Below, one piece after another: positions 18,593 through 28,735 of a stretch of DNA of 64,000 nt. How positions within the stretch are numbered: position 1 is the stretch's first letter; each line of letters opens with the position of its first letter. The translations under genes were made by a program, and so were the position numbers. The notes beneath the pieces are model-generated. The model did no database searches, was not told the origin of the DNA, and saw nothing but the letters and a program-made list of their open reading frames with translations. The DNA comes from Opitutaceae bacterium. GTDB lineage: Bacteria; Verrucomicrobiota; Verrucomicrobiia; Opitutales; Opitutaceae. The stretch spans positions 3,294-67,293 of the forward strand of contig JANJTQ010000182.1 of NCBI GenBank assembly GCA_024711005.1, read 5' to 3'.

Positions 18593-20482
18593 ATGCGTTT
18601 ACCGTATTTTTCGCGGCTGCTCGCTATCGTCCTCTCGATTTCGAGCTACCCCCTCTTCGCCCAGAGCGCTCCGAAGCCGAACGCGTCGTTCTCGCCGCGG
18701 TTTCTCCTCGAAACCAGCCAGGCATATCACTCAGGCGTCGCCCGCCCCGAACTTGGCTTTGTGGTGCGATGCGGCGCGGAGTTTTTTATTCCCAAATGCA
18801 TACCATCACAGGCAACAGCCAATACCTTGTTGCGCGTAAATCCCCTCGGCCTGCCTTCAGGACTGGGGTTCAGCACAAACTCACTGCAAGGCACCCACCC
18901 GGCCACCTTTGGCAAGGTTGCACTCTACAAGGTGGCCCCACCCGACGGGCTTCAGCCTCTGTCGATTGCATCCAGCCGGCCGCAAGCGGGTACTGCGGTC
19001 AAAGTCTGGCTGTGGGACAAGGAACGCCGTCAAGCCGTTGAGTTGGCGGCAACCATCGACGCGAAGTATCCCGACAGGCTGGCCCTCTCACGTCGCGTCG
19101 AACAACGCCAGGTGATCGGCGCGCCGATCTGCAATGAAGCCGGCGAGGTGTTCGCGATCGGTTTCAGCCAGCGCATGGGCGTGCCCGCCGCGGACATGTT
19201 GATATTCCTGCCATTAAAACCCGAGTGGTGCGGCCCTCTTGACGGTGCCTCCACCACAGGCGTCCGCCAAATCCCCGCTACTTGGCGCACGTGGACGTTT
19301 GACGGAAAAAACAAACATCAAGCGGTTGCCTCGTCGGCGACGGTATCGGGTGACTCGATCATGCTCGGACTGTGGCACGACGCCAAATGGATCCAGAAAT
19401 CCATACAAATCGACCGACTCTCCAAATCCGACCGGGACTGGATCAAGGCCATGATCAATCCCATCGCCGGAACCCGCTCCCCCGTGCCAATCAGTCACGC
19501 CCCCACCCCGCTCGCAATCACCGCCCCGAACCCCGGACAGTTTCCTTGGCCACTCTCCAAAGCCCCTCGCCGACCCTGCCTGGAGATCGACGTCGTGGCG
19601 GGCACCGTAACGTTTCGCGGCCGCATCAAGACCGCCGACCGGGTGTTTTCAATGACCGACCCATCGTTCCAAACCGCCGTAAAAACCCGCACCCTCGATC
19701 AGCTGCTCGACCAGCACTACGTCAAATATACCCAGCTCGGCACCCTGACCATTCCCGCCAAGCTGATGAACTTCCCGCTCCTCGGCCAGGACAACACCGG
19801 GACATGTTACGTATCCCACTATCGCGAATGGCTCGTTTATTATCTGGGCGATCGCGCCTTGCTTTTGCCCTGCCTGGAAAATCTGCGCGGATACCTCAAT
19901 TTTCTGCTCCACGATAACCCTTCGCTGCCCGAGCTGTTTGCCACCCGTGACGGGAAAAGCGCCGTCGCCTTCGATGCGAGAACTCGGATGGCTCGGGCTC
20001 GCAGCCGCGACTTTCTCAACAACGTCGGCTTCTTCTGTCGCAATTTCCTGATCGGTGCCGACACCCTGCCCTACGTGGAGTTCGCCGACATCAACAACTC
20101 CCATCAAAACTGGCGGTTCTCCAATAAAACACGGCAATTTTCGGAAGCCTTATTCGGATCACTTCTCGAAGGACTGCTTCTCGGACACATGACACTCGGG
20201 GAAAGTGAGTCCCATGTGATGAACATTATTGGAATCGACGGCGACCGGCTCTCCGTTTCCACATGGGCCAAGGAGTATGAAGGGACATTGCGCGAGCTGG
20301 CCCGGATGGATGCACGCGGGGCTTTGCTCGCGCCGACCGTATTCGCTCAATTCCCGGTTGTCGCACGAAACAATGAAGGCCGCATCGTAATCCCGAGCCT
20401 CGAACCGGCGATCTCATCAGCCCTTACTCCTGCGCAACTGAAAGCGATCACTCGCTTTAATCTCGGCTCCGGAGCCAAGTGA
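18593..20482 (+). CDS. Secreted multidomain hypothetical protein: degenerate trypsin-like region, SHD1-like domain, papain-like C-terminal domain
   Basis: Signal peptide; 'GAPICNEAGEVFAIG'; 'RTWT...IDRLSKSDRDWI'; 'GQDNTGTCY' ... 'SHVMNIIGID...VSTW'. Confidence 0.7.
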   Translation: MRLPYFSRLLAIVLSISSYPLFAQSAPKPNASFSPRFLLETSQAYHSGVARPELGFVVRCGAEFFIPKCIPSQATANTLLRVNPLGLPSGLGFSTNSLQGTHPATFGKVALYKVAPPDGLQPLSIASSRPQAGTAVKVWLWDKERRQAVELAATIDAKYPDRLALSRRVEQRQVIGAPICNEAGEVFAIGFSQRMGVPAADMLIFLPLKPEWCGPLDGASTTGVRQIPATWRTWTFDGKNKHQAVASSATVSGDSIMLGLWHDAKWIQKSIQIDRLSKSDRDWIKAMINPIAGTRSPVPISHAPTPLAITAPNPGQFPWPLSKAPRRPCLEIDVVAGTVTFRGRIKTADRVFSMTDPSFQTAVKTRTLDQLLDQHYVKYTQLGTLTIPAKLMNFPLLGQDNTGTCYVSHYREWLVYYLGDRALLLPCLENLRGYLNFLLHDNPSLPELFATRDGKSAVAFDARTRMARARSRDFLNNVGFFCRNFLIGADTLPYVEFADINNSHQNWRFSNKTRQFSEALFGSLLEGLLLGHMTLGESESHVMNIIGIDGDRLSVSTWAKEYEGTLRELARMDARGALLAPTVFAQFPVVARNNEGRIVIPSLEPAISSALTPAQLKAITRFNLGSGAK

Positions 20483-20599
20483 TTACTCACGATCCAACGC
20501 GGCAGGATGCCGCCCTCTCAATTGAATTGTTACGGCTGAGTTCACCGACCAGCGCCGCCGTCGTTTCTTACGCCGCCTTGAGCGGAGGATCTAATCCAA

Positions 20600-21229
20600 T
20601 CACTCCGCCGGCAACGCCGCGACCACCTCGGCGCCGAGCGCATCGACGGCGGCGCTAAGCGCCGTGGCGAGTTCGCCGAAATCACGACCGTCCCACTCCG
20701 CCTCGGGGGCGACGAACTCTTTGCTCAACACCAGCGCGCCACCCGGCTTCGCCTCGGTCACTTCGATCAGCGCGGAAAAACTGGCGACGGCTTTGCCGCC
20801 TTTCTTCTTCTCTCCTTCGCACCGCAGTACGCGGATGCTCACATCGTAGTCGCGTTCGGCGTCAAACGGGAAGGGTTGCGCATACACGCGGCCAACCTTG
20901 TCGGCGCGGGCAATGCTTCCGACCAACTCACGGCCGATGCTGGTCGTGAGCGGCTCGGCCCAGCGCGCAAAATCCTGATAGGCGATCTCGTTGCCCCCTT
21001 CGCGCACGACCATGTCCTTGCCGTCCAAATACGGCGCGATCTCGATGCGTTTCAGGCCGAGCACCAGCGAGCCCGCCTCCGCAGCCCCGCCATCAACAGC
21101 GCCGGCGGATGCATCGCCCGTGAGCACATAATACCGCGTCGGATCGGACTGGGGCTTGGGCACCAGCGAACACCCGGCGAGCAACACCACGACCCCCAAC
21201 CACCCTGCATATCGTAAATTCATTTTCAT
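20600..21229 (-). CDS. PqiC-like ABC transport auxiliary lipoprotein
   Basis: Lipobox LLAGC, 'TRYYVL', 'APYLD', 'RWAEPL'. Start is uncertain (21223-21271). Confidence 0.85.
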   Translation of the reverse strand: MKMNLRYAGWLGVVVLLAGCSLVPKPQSDPTRYYVLTGDASAGAVDGGAAEAGSLVLGLKRIEIAPYLDGKDMVVREGGNEIAYQDFARWAEPLTTSIGRELVGSIARADKVGRVYAQPFPFDAERDYDVSIRVLRCEGEKKKGGKAVASFSALIEVTEAKPGGALVLSKEFVAPEAEWDGRDFGELATALSAAVDALGAEVVAALPAE

Positions 21230-21291
21230 AAACATAACTCCCATTCGTTCCATGCTTCCCATAAATCCCATTCAGTCCCGCCGCCGCACGC

Positions 21292-22296
21292 TCACTTCTC
21301 CGGCTGCTTGCGACCGGTGATAAGCGCGCTCGGATTACGCTCCAAAAAGTCGGCCAGCTGCCGCACCGCGGTGGCGGCATCGCCCAACTGGATGAGCGCC
21401 CGGGACGCATCGTCACCGAGATGCTGCTGGGCGTTGATAAATTTCTGCACGGTCGCCGCCGTCGTATTGAACGCGACGACGGTCTCGCGGATGTCTTCGA
21501 TCGTCTTCGTCAGACTTTCGCCGTTCGGGCCGTTCTTGATGAACTCGGCCAGGATGCCGTCCAGCTTCTGAGAGGCGTTGTTCAGGTTGACCATCGTTTC
21601 CTTCAACTCGGGCGAGGTAACGAGTTCGCGCACGGAGGCGCCGGCCTTCGTCCATTCCGCGGCAATCGCGGCGGTGTCGACCGCGTTCACTTTTTTACGG
21701 ACATCCACCAGCAGACCGTTCACCTCGCGGGACAAGGCCACGAAATCGATGCCCTTGATGTCGGTGAGAATTTCATCGAGGTTGCGCAGAAACTCGGCGC
21801 TCTTCGAAGGCACGGCGGGCATCTCGACGTATTTTGAAATCAGATCCGCACGCAACGTCGCCGGATAGGTCGCGGGATCGAGAAAATCCAGCTCCACATA
21901 CAAGAGCCCGGTCGCGTAACCGATCACCCCGAGTTGCGCGCGCATGCCGCGGTCGACCAAGCCCTGTAGTTTCCCGGGCTCGGTCACGTCGATCTCCTCG
22001 CCTTTTTCATCCGTGATGAGGTTGCGATTGAGTTCGCAGGCGACGGCGACGACCGACTGGTTGCTCGCCGGCACATAGCGGAGGCTGATGTTGACCACGC
22101 GGCCGACACGCACGCCGCGCAACTTCACCGGCGAGCCCAAATCAAGGCCGTGGATCGACTCGTCGAAATACACGACAAACCGCTCGGGCTTGGAAAAGAA
22201 GTTGATGCCGCCGAACGAAAACAACGCGACGAGGCCGAGGACAAGCGCTCCCAGAACGAACAAACCGACGACGGCGGGACTGACTTTGGTCTTCAC
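21292..22296 (-). CDS. MCE/MlaD (PqiB-like) protein
   Basis: N-terminal TM helix, 'GLDLGSPVKLRGVRVGRV', 'TGLLYVELDF', C-terminal 'LERNPSALITG'. Confidence 0.9.
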   Translation of the reverse strand: MKTKVSPAVVGLFVLGALVLGLVALFSFGGINFFSKPERFVVYFDESIHGLDLGSPVKLRGVRVGRVVNISLRYVPASNQSVVAVACELNRNLITDEKGEEIDVTEPGKLQGLVDRGMRAQLGVIGYATGLLYVELDFLDPATYPATLRADLISKYVEMPAVPSKSAEFLRNLDEILTDIKGIDFVALSREVNGLLVDVRKKVNAVDTAAIAAEWTKAGASVRELVTSPELKETMVNLNNASQKLDGILAEFIKNGPNGESLTKTIEDIRETVVAFNTTAATVQKFINAQQHLGDDASRALIQLGDAATAVRQLADFLERNPSALITGRKQPEK

Positions 22297-22324
22297 AAGA
22301 AAAGAGGGTTAGGCGGGAGCGTGG

Positions 22325-23113
22325 TCAAGGGGAAGGCTCCTTTTGACGGGCGTCTTCGCCGCGACCGAGGAATTCGCGCACCCGCACGTCCTTGCTGTCG
22401 GTGACGAGCACGCGGGGGTCGCCTTCGGCGATGATGCCCTTTTGCTGCTTGTCGAGCATGACGACCCGGTCGGCGATGGCAAAAATCGAGGCGAGTTCGT
22501 GCGAAACGACGACGCAGGTCATCCCGAGCAAATCGCGCAGGTTGACAATCAACTCGTCCAAACGGCGCGAGGTCAGCGGATCCAGGCCGGCGGAGGGTTC
22601 GTCAAAGAAGACAATCGTCGGATCAAGCGCCAATGCGCGGGCAAGGCCGGCGCGTTTCCGCATGCCGCCGCTGATCTCGGCCGGATAATACCCGTCGTAG
22701 CCCGAGAGGCCCACCTGCGTGAGTTTCATACAGGCGAGTTCCGCGCGTTCGGCGGCGTTAAGCGGCGTGTATTCCTCCAGCGGCAGCATGACGTTTTCGA
22801 GCAGGTTGAGGGAACTCCACAACGCGCCGCCCTGATACAGCACACCAATGCGTTTGAGCATCTCGCGCTGACGCTCGCCCGTCGCCGAGTTGAAACATTC
22901 GCCGAAAAACTTCACCGCGCCGGCGGTTGGCATGTTCAGGCCAACCAGATGGCGCAGCAGCGTGCTCTTGCCGCAACCGGAGCCGCCGATGATGAAGAAA
23001 ATCTCCCCGCGCTTTACTTGGAATGAGACGTTCTTGAGCAACACGTTTCCATCGTAGCCGCACTCCAGGCCGGAGACGTCGATCGCGGGAGCATTCAGGT
23101 CGGCTGTGTTCAT
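22325..23113 (-). CDS. MlaF-like ABC ATPase
   Basis: Walker A GGSGCGKS, signature ISGGMRKRAGLARA, FFDEPSAGLDP. Confidence 0.92.
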   Translation of the reverse strand: MNTADLNAPAIDVSGLECGYDGNVLLKNVSFQVKRGEIFFIIGGSGCGKSTLLRHLVGLNMPTAGAVKFFGECFNSATGERQREMLKRIGVLYQGGALWSSLNLLENVMLPLEEYTPLNAAERAELACMKLTQVGLSGYDGYYPAEISGGMRKRAGLARALALDPTIVFFDEPSAGLDPLTSRRLDELIVNLRDLLGMTCVVVSHELASIFAIADRVVMLDKQQKGIIAEGDPRVLVTDSKDVRVREFLGRGEDARQKEPSP

Positions 23114-23123
23114 GCGCGCGGGC

Positions 23124-24254
23124 TCACCATCCAAGAACGTTAAAGGCCACCGCAAAAAGGGCGTCGGCCACAATGATCAACAACAGGCCCATCACCACCG
23201 CCGAGGTGGTTGCCCGGCCCACGCCGACCGCGCTGCGCTCCGCGCGCAAACCGCGATGACAACCCGCCAGCCCCACCAGCACGCCGAAGGTCGCGGCTTT
23301 GATCAGACCCGTGGAGATGTCCGACATGTCGATCGCGGTCTGGGTTTCCACCCAGTAGGCGGTCGGCGGGATGTCCAGCAACCCAAGCGAGACAATCATG
23401 CCGCCGAAAATGCCCAGACCGTTCGCGTAGAGTGCAAGCAGCGGCATCATCACGCCGAGCGCAACCAGACGCGGCATCACCAAGAACTCCACCGGTCGGA
23501 TACCGAGCGTTTGCAGGGCGTCGATCTCCTCGCCCGCCTTCATATTGCCCAGCGTCGCCGCGAACGCCGCGCCCGTCCGGCCCGCGAGAATAATCGCCGT
23601 CATCATCGCGCCCATTTCGCGCACCATCATGAGGCCGACCGCATCGGCCACATAAATATCCGCGCCGAACTGCCGCATGAGCACCGCGGACTGGTAAGCC
23701 ATGATCACACCCACCAAAAGGCTGATGAGACCGACGATCGGCAGGGCCATCGCACCGCATTGCTGCATCTCGTCGACACAGTCGCGCCACCTGAACTTGT
23801 GGGGCTTTTTAATCAGCGCGATCCCGCCGATCACGCACTCGCCGAGAAACGTGGAGCTCTCCCGGGTCTTCCCCCAGACATCCTGGACGGCGAGTCCGAC
23901 AAACGTGAGAAAATCGCGCGAGTGGTCGGAAACGATCCGGGTCTCGTTCACCACCTCGAGTTGGTGCAACAGTTTCTGCATCGCATCCGGCAGGGCGGAC
24001 AGGTCGCACGGAACGTTTTTCGTCCGACACCATTGGCGCACCTCGTAGACGAACAACAGCAGCGCGCTGTCCCAATCCGCCAGACGTCCCCAGACGAGCT
24101 TGATCTGTGTTGGGTCGGGACCGTCGAGCACCGCCGGCCAGGTCGGCCGCGTCTCGGTGATGTGCCAGGCGCCTTGCAACTCGATCAACATGCACCCTCC
24201 GTCCGTGCGCAGTTGCACACGGGTCTCGGCTGGGGTGGTGATCGTCTCGGGCAT
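23124..24254 (-). CDS. MlaE-like permease with N-terminal STAS domain
   Basis: 'REMGAMMTAIILAGRTGAAFAATLG', 'VGRATTSAVV'; STAS-like 'DWDSA' N-terminus. Confidence 0.9.
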   Translation of the reverse strand: MPETITTPAETRVQLRTDGGCMLIELQGAWHITETRPTWPAVLDGPDPTQIKLVWGRLADWDSALLLFVYEVRQWCRTKNVPCDLSALPDAMQKLLHQLEVVNETRIVSDHSRDFLTFVGLAVQDVWGKTRESSTFLGECVIGGIALIKKPHKFRWRDCVDEMQQCGAMALPIVGLISLLVGVIMAYQSAVLMRQFGADIYVADAVGLMMVREMGAMMTAIILAGRTGAAFAATLGNMKAGEEIDALQTLGIRPVEFLVMPRLVALGVMMPLLALYANGLGIFGGMIVSLGLLDIPPTAYWVETQTAIDMSDISTGLIKAATFGVLVGLAGCHRGLRAERSAVGVGRATTSAVVMGLLLIIVADALFAVAFNVLGW

Positions 24255-24339
24255 CGGAGCTACGCTGAGGGCGCGGACGGCATGAAGGAACGAAAATTTT
24301 ATGTCGTTTGACCGAAAGCCCGCTGCGTAGTCTGACCGG

Positions 24340-24993
24340 ATGCGCTTCCGCACCGTGCTCTTCGATTTGGATGGTACCTTGATGGACCACCTCCCCGCGA
24401 TCCACCGTAGCTACTCGCACACGCTGCCGCAGCTCGGACTGCCCGCGCCGACCTACCAGCAGGTCAAACGCGCCATCGGGGGCGGCCTCGAAAACGCCAT
24501 GCTCAACTTCGTCCCCCAGGCGCGTCTCGACGAAGCCCTCGCGATCTATCGCCCGTTCTGGGACGCCACCATGCTCTCGGGCGCCGAACCCATGCCGGGC
24601 GCACTCGCGCTGCTCGAACACCTGAACGCCCGTGGCGTCACTTGCGCCGTGTTTACCAACAAACATGGTCCGTCCGCGCGCGCGGTCTGCGCCCAACTCG
24701 GCCTCACGCCCCGCCTCCGCGAGGTGTTTGGAGCAAAGGACACCCCGTGGCTCAAACCGGACCCCGCGTTCACCGCGCATGCCCTGAAAACCTTGGAGGC
24801 CGATGCTGCCACGACCTGCCTCGTCGGCGACTCGCCGTGGGACGTGCAGGCCGCGCACAATGCGGGGTTCCCCTGTTTCGCCGTCACCACCGGCACGCAC
24901 ACCGCCGACGAGTTACAGGCGGCCGGCGCGGATGCAGTCTATGAGGACCTCGCCACGCTCGGCGCGGCGCAGTTCGGCACTTCCGCAAGGTAG
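24340..24993 (+). CDS. HAD hydrolase (phosphoglycolate phosphatase-like)
   Basis: FDLDGTL, KPDP, VGDSPWD. Confidence 0.9.
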   Translation: MRFRTVLFDLDGTLMDHLPAIHRSYSHTLPQLGLPAPTYQQVKRAIGGGLENAMLNFVPQARLDEALAIYRPFWDATMLSGAEPMPGALALLEHLNARGVTCAVFTNKHGPSARAVCAQLGLTPRLREVFGAKDTPWLKPDPAFTAHALKTLEADAATTCLVGDSPWDVQAAHNAGFPCFAVTTGTHTADELQAAGADAVYEDLATLGAAQFGTSAR

Positions 24994-25042
24994 GGCGATC
25001 CCTCCGGGTGAGCCGCGGCTCGGCGGGACGCCTCGCCCTACC
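24989..25042. repeat. GTAG-type REP-like inverted repeat overlapping the HAD stop codon
   Basis: GGTAGGGCGA ... TCGCCCTACC terminal inverted repeat. Confidence 0.75.
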
Positions 25043-25057
25043 CTCTGCCGCCCGACG

Positions 25058-25525
25058 TCACCTGAACGGCGGATGATCGAGTGCTCGCTCCACTTCCACG
25101 CCGAGCGCCTTGAGCGAAAGAAAGATGTCCCGCAAAAAAGCCGCCAGCGATGCCAGCAACAGGAGCACGCTCACGACAAACACGCCCAGAATCGGCGCCG
25201 TCAGCGAGATCGCCAGCAACGCCGCAAGAAAAATCATCACCACCAGCAGGCCCGAGAAAAACATGCTCGATGCCACCAAGGTCACCGCGAGCCGGATAAT
25301 CTTCGCGCGCCGATAAAGGATGCGCAGCTGCGACTCGAAATGCGCCCGTTCGCCGACCGCCGTCGCCGTACGAGCCTGGCCGGCGAGCGCACGCGTACGA
25401 TCCACAATCCGCCCCATTCGATTGGTCATCGTCAGCAACAACGAGCCGAGACCCGTGATGAGAATCACCGGGGTGATCGCCAGCTGGATCATTGGAAGCA
25501 GTGAGTTGGAAATCGGGCCCGCCAT
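25058..25525 (-). CDS. DUF2721-like membrane protein
   Basis: 'IQLAITPVILITGLGSLLLTMTNRMGRIVDR', three TM segments. Confidence 0.8.
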   Translation of the reverse strand: MAGPISNSLLPMIQLAITPVILITGLGSLLLTMTNRMGRIVDRTRALAGQARTATAVGERAHFESQLRILYRRAKIIRLAVTLVASSMFFSGLLVVMIFLAALLAISLTAPILGVFVVSVLLLLASLAAFLRDIFLSLKALGVEVERALDHPPFR

Positions 25526-25575
25526 TCCCCGACACGGTCACAACCGACCAACGCTGGCAACACCGACCATTCCAC

Positions 25576-25657
25576 CTCTTTCCTCGTTCTCTTAATCTTT
25601 CTCTTTCGTCCGGAACTTCGGATGGGATAAAGAGAAAAATTAAGAGGAAAGAGAAAG
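25576..25657. repeat. Pyrimidine-arm/purine-arm inverted repeat (family B)
   Basis: TCTTTCCTCGTTCTCTTAATCTTTCTCTT ... AAGAGAAAAATTAAGAGGAAAGAGAAAGA. Confidence 0.8.
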
Positions 25658-25751
25658 AATCCTGAACGGCGCCGTGCCCGGATTTTTCCGATCCGACGCA
25701 CGCCCGCGTTTGATTTTTCCCCGGAAGCCGTGTTCATCGTCGGCGAAACAC

Positions 25752-27983
25752 GTGGCCGCCTCTCCCGCCAACTCCGACACCCTGACCGGCGTTCTCGAAC
25801 GCATCATTTTCTTCAACGAGGAAAATCACTACACGATCGCGGAATTTCGCCCCGACGAAAGCGAGGGCAAGGAGGCCAAAGTCACCATCACCGGCCCCCT
25901 CCCCGGCGTCCAATGCGGCGAAACCCTCCACCTGCACGGCACGTGGACCAAACACGCGCAACACGGCGACCAGTTCAAGATCGACAGCTTTCGCTCCGAG
26001 CTTCCGTCGAGCGTGTATGGAATTCGCAAATACTTAGGCAGCGGCCTCGTCGAAGGCATCGGCAAGGTTTACGCCAACAAGATCGTCGATGCCTTCGGAA
26101 CCGCCACCCTCCGCGTACTCAGCGAGGAATCGGGCAAACTCCGCGACGTTCCGGGCATCGGAAAAAAACGAGCCACCGCCATCAAGAAGGCCTGGGATGA
26201 CCAGCGCGCTTTCCGTGAACTCTACATTTTCCTCCAGACCTACGGCGTCACCACCGGCCAGTGCGTGAAGTTGATCAACAAATATGGCGGCAACGCCAAA
26301 CACATCCTCACCACCGAGCCCTACAAGGTCGCCCGCGAAATCGACGGCATCGGGTTCAAGACCGCCGATCGCATCGCGATCAATCTCGGCTATGCCAACG
26401 ATGCCCCGCCTCGCCTCGACGCCGGACTGCTCTACGCGATGGAAACGCTCCAGGAGGAGGGCCACACCGCGCTTCGCGAAGCCGATCTCGTCGACTACGC
26501 CGCCCCGCTTCTCGAAACCGAGGCCCGTTTCCTCGAAGCCCGCATCAACGCGCTCGTCGATGCCCGCCAACTCGTCCGCCAGCCGCCCGCCGGCGAAGAC
26601 AACCCCCTGCCCGGTTCCGCGTTGATCCAACTCCCCGTCAACGACCGCGCCGAACAAAAGATCGCCGCCACGATCTCCCGCCTCGGGAAAGTCGGCAGCG
26701 GACTTCCCCCGATCAAAACCGACGCCGCCGTCGAGTGGGCCGAACAAAAAGCCGGCTTTGAATTCGCCGAGCAACAACGCGCCGGACTCAAGAACGCGCT
26801 TGTATCCAAAATTTCGATTCTCACCGGAGGACCAGGTACCGGTAAGACTACCATCCTCCGCGCGCTCGTCGAGATTCTGAAGGCCAAGAAGGTTCGCGTG
26901 CACCTCGCCGCGCCCACCGGTCGCGCCGCCCAGCGTCTCGCCGAAACCACCGGCGGCTTCGCTTCCACCATCCACCGCCTTCTCAAATACGATCCGGCCA
27001 AGGGCGGTTTCGTTGCGAACGAACACCAGCCCCTCGCCACCGACTTCCTCGTCGTTGACGAGGCTTCGATGCTCGATACGCGTCTCGCCGCGGCACTCCT
27101 CCAAGCCGTGCCGTCACGCGCCCACCTCTTGCTCGTCGGTGACATCGATCAGCTCCCCAGCGTCGGCGCCGGCAACGTCCTCAAGGACCTCATCGCCACG
27201 CAGCAGGTGCCCGTCACCCGTCTCAACGTCATCTATCGCCAAAAGGGCCAAAGCCAGATCGTCACCACCGCCCACGCCATCAACGCCGGCGAACCCGCCC
27301 TTCCGCCCTCCGTCAACGAGGTCTCCGCGGCACAGGCATGGTCCGACTTGACGTTCATCGTCGCCGAATCCGCCGAAGACTGCGTGCGAAAAACCATCCA
27401 GCTCTGCACCGAATTCATCCCCGCGCACTACCCGTGGTTCAACCCGATCAACGATGTCCAAATTCTCGCGCCAATGCACAAGGGCGTGGCCGGTGTGGGC
27501 AATTTCAACACCCAGCTCCAAGCCGCGCTGAACCCCCACGCACGCGGACTTCGCGGCCCGCACGGCGAGTACCGTCCGGGCGACAAAGTCATCCAGCTCC
27601 GCAACAACTACGACAAGAACCTGTTTAACGGGGACATCGGCATAATCGCGTCCGTCGATGTCGAGGCGGGAACGCTCACCGCCAAATTCGACAACGAGAC
27701 CCACACCTTCGATCGCGGCGAGTTCCTCAACCTCGCGCCCGCCTACGCGATCAGCATCCACAAGTCCCAAGGCAGCGAATACCCCGTCGTGATCGTCCCA
27801 CTCCTGAAGGCCCACTTCATGATGCTCCAGCGCAACCTGATTTACACGGCGATCACGCGCGGAAAGAAAAAGGTCTTCATCGTCGGCGAACCCGCGGCCT
27901 ACGGCATGGCCGTCCGTGCCAACGAGGCCCGCCTCCGCACCACCCACCTGCGCGAAAAAATCGCGGCGATCGCGATGGGGTAA
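25752..27983 (+). CDS. recD2: RecD2-like ATP-dependent SF1 helicase
   Basis: GSGLVEGIG HhH motif, TGGPGTGKTT, APTGRAA, VDEASM, GDIDQLPSVG, YAISIHKSQGSE. GTG start inferred. Confidence 0.92.
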   Translation: MAASPANSDTLTGVLERIIFFNEENHYTIAEFRPDESEGKEAKVTITGPLPGVQCGETLHLHGTWTKHAQHGDQFKIDSFRSELPSSVYGIRKYLGSGLVEGIGKVYANKIVDAFGTATLRVLSEESGKLRDVPGIGKKRATAIKKAWDDQRAFRELYIFLQTYGVTTGQCVKLINKYGGNAKHILTTEPYKVAREIDGIGFKTADRIAINLGYANDAPPRLDAGLLYAMETLQEEGHTALREADLVDYAAPLLETEARFLEARINALVDARQLVRQPPAGEDNPLPGSALIQLPVNDRAEQKIAATISRLGKVGSGLPPIKTDAAVEWAEQKAGFEFAEQQRAGLKNALVSKISILTGGPGTGKTTILRALVEILKAKKVRVHLAAPTGRAAQRLAETTGGFASTIHRLLKYDPAKGGFVANEHQPLATDFLVVDEASMLDTRLAAALLQAVPSRAHLLLVGDIDQLPSVGAGNVLKDLIATQQVPVTRLNVIYRQKGQSQIVTTAHAINAGEPALPPSVNEVSAAQAWSDLTFIVAESAEDCVRKTIQLCTEFIPAHYPWFNPINDVQILAPMHKGVAGVGNFNTQLQAALNPHARGLRGPHGEYRPGDKVIQLRNNYDKNLFNGDIGIIASVDVEAGTLTAKFDNETHTFDRGEFLNLAPAYAISIHKSQGSEYPVVIVPLLKAHFMMLQRNLIYTAITRGKKKVFIVGEPAAYGMAVRANEARLRTTHLREKIAAIAMG

Positions 27984-28010
27984 GGGCGGGCCGAAGCCTC
28001 CTCTTCGCGC

Positions 28011-28484
28011 TCACACCAACGTCGGTTCGGCGAAAGCCAACACCCGCGGGCGCACCAATCGCTCAAAATCCTCGTAGGCCATCGTCATGATCTCGTTGTG
28101 CGTACAGGCGTTGAAGGAGATGACCTCGTCGTGAGTGAGTGACTCCGCGACTAACACCTCCATGTCGTAAAGATTTCCGAACGGCGGCATCGCACCGGTG
28201 GCGCACTGATCAAAACGGGCGACAAACTCCTCTTCCCGGGCCAGTCGAACATTCCGGGCGCCGGTCAACTCGCGCAGGTGAGCGAGGTTGATGTGCTCCG
28301 TGGACGGCAACACGGCCATCGCCAGATGAGTATCAATCCAGACGATCACCACCTTGGCCAATTCGCGGCCGGGAACATGCGCGGCTTCGGCTATGCGAGA
28401 TGCACTAAAGGCCGGCCGGTGGGGTTGCACCGTGTAGTCGACGTGCGCTCGGTCGAGGTAGGCGCGAAGCAGTTTCGGTGACAT
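28011..28484 (-). CDS. YbaK/EbsC family aminoacyl-tRNA deacylase
   Basis: 'LAKVVIV', 'GAMPPFG', 'ISFNACTH'. Confidence 0.88.
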   Translation of the reverse strand: MSPKLLRAYLDRAHVDYTVQPHRPAFSASRIAEAAHVPGRELAKVVIVWIDTHLAMAVLPSTEHINLAHLRELTGARNVRLAREEEFVARFDQCATGAMPPFGNLYDMEVLVAESLTHDEVISFNACTHNEIMTMAYEDFERLVRPRVLAFAEPTLV

Positions 28485-28735
28485 GACAGACTCCTTTTTT
28501 TGGGGTTGCGGATACGTGTCGGAAGCGACCGGAAGCGGCCGTTTTTCACAGCGTCAGCATGACAAAATTCCGAATGAACGCAACCGTCCCGACAGCCCGC
28601 CCCCCTGTCGCCCGCTCCGTCGCAATGGGTTGCGACAACTCATGAGGTGTCGAATGCCCCCACGCCTCCAGACGATCGATTTTACGGCGCAACTCATCTC
28701 CATCGGCGACTTTAACGCCCCCTTCAATTCAACCC

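Noticed and set aside
20600-24254. MCE operon as a novel system
   Set aside because: The MlaE(STAS)-MlaF-MlaD-PqiC-like arrangement is a known MCE transporter architecture.
28490-28735. Small ORFs or an sRNA between ybaK and the J-domain gene
   Set aside because: No convincing coding signal or structure; treated as a divergent promoter region.
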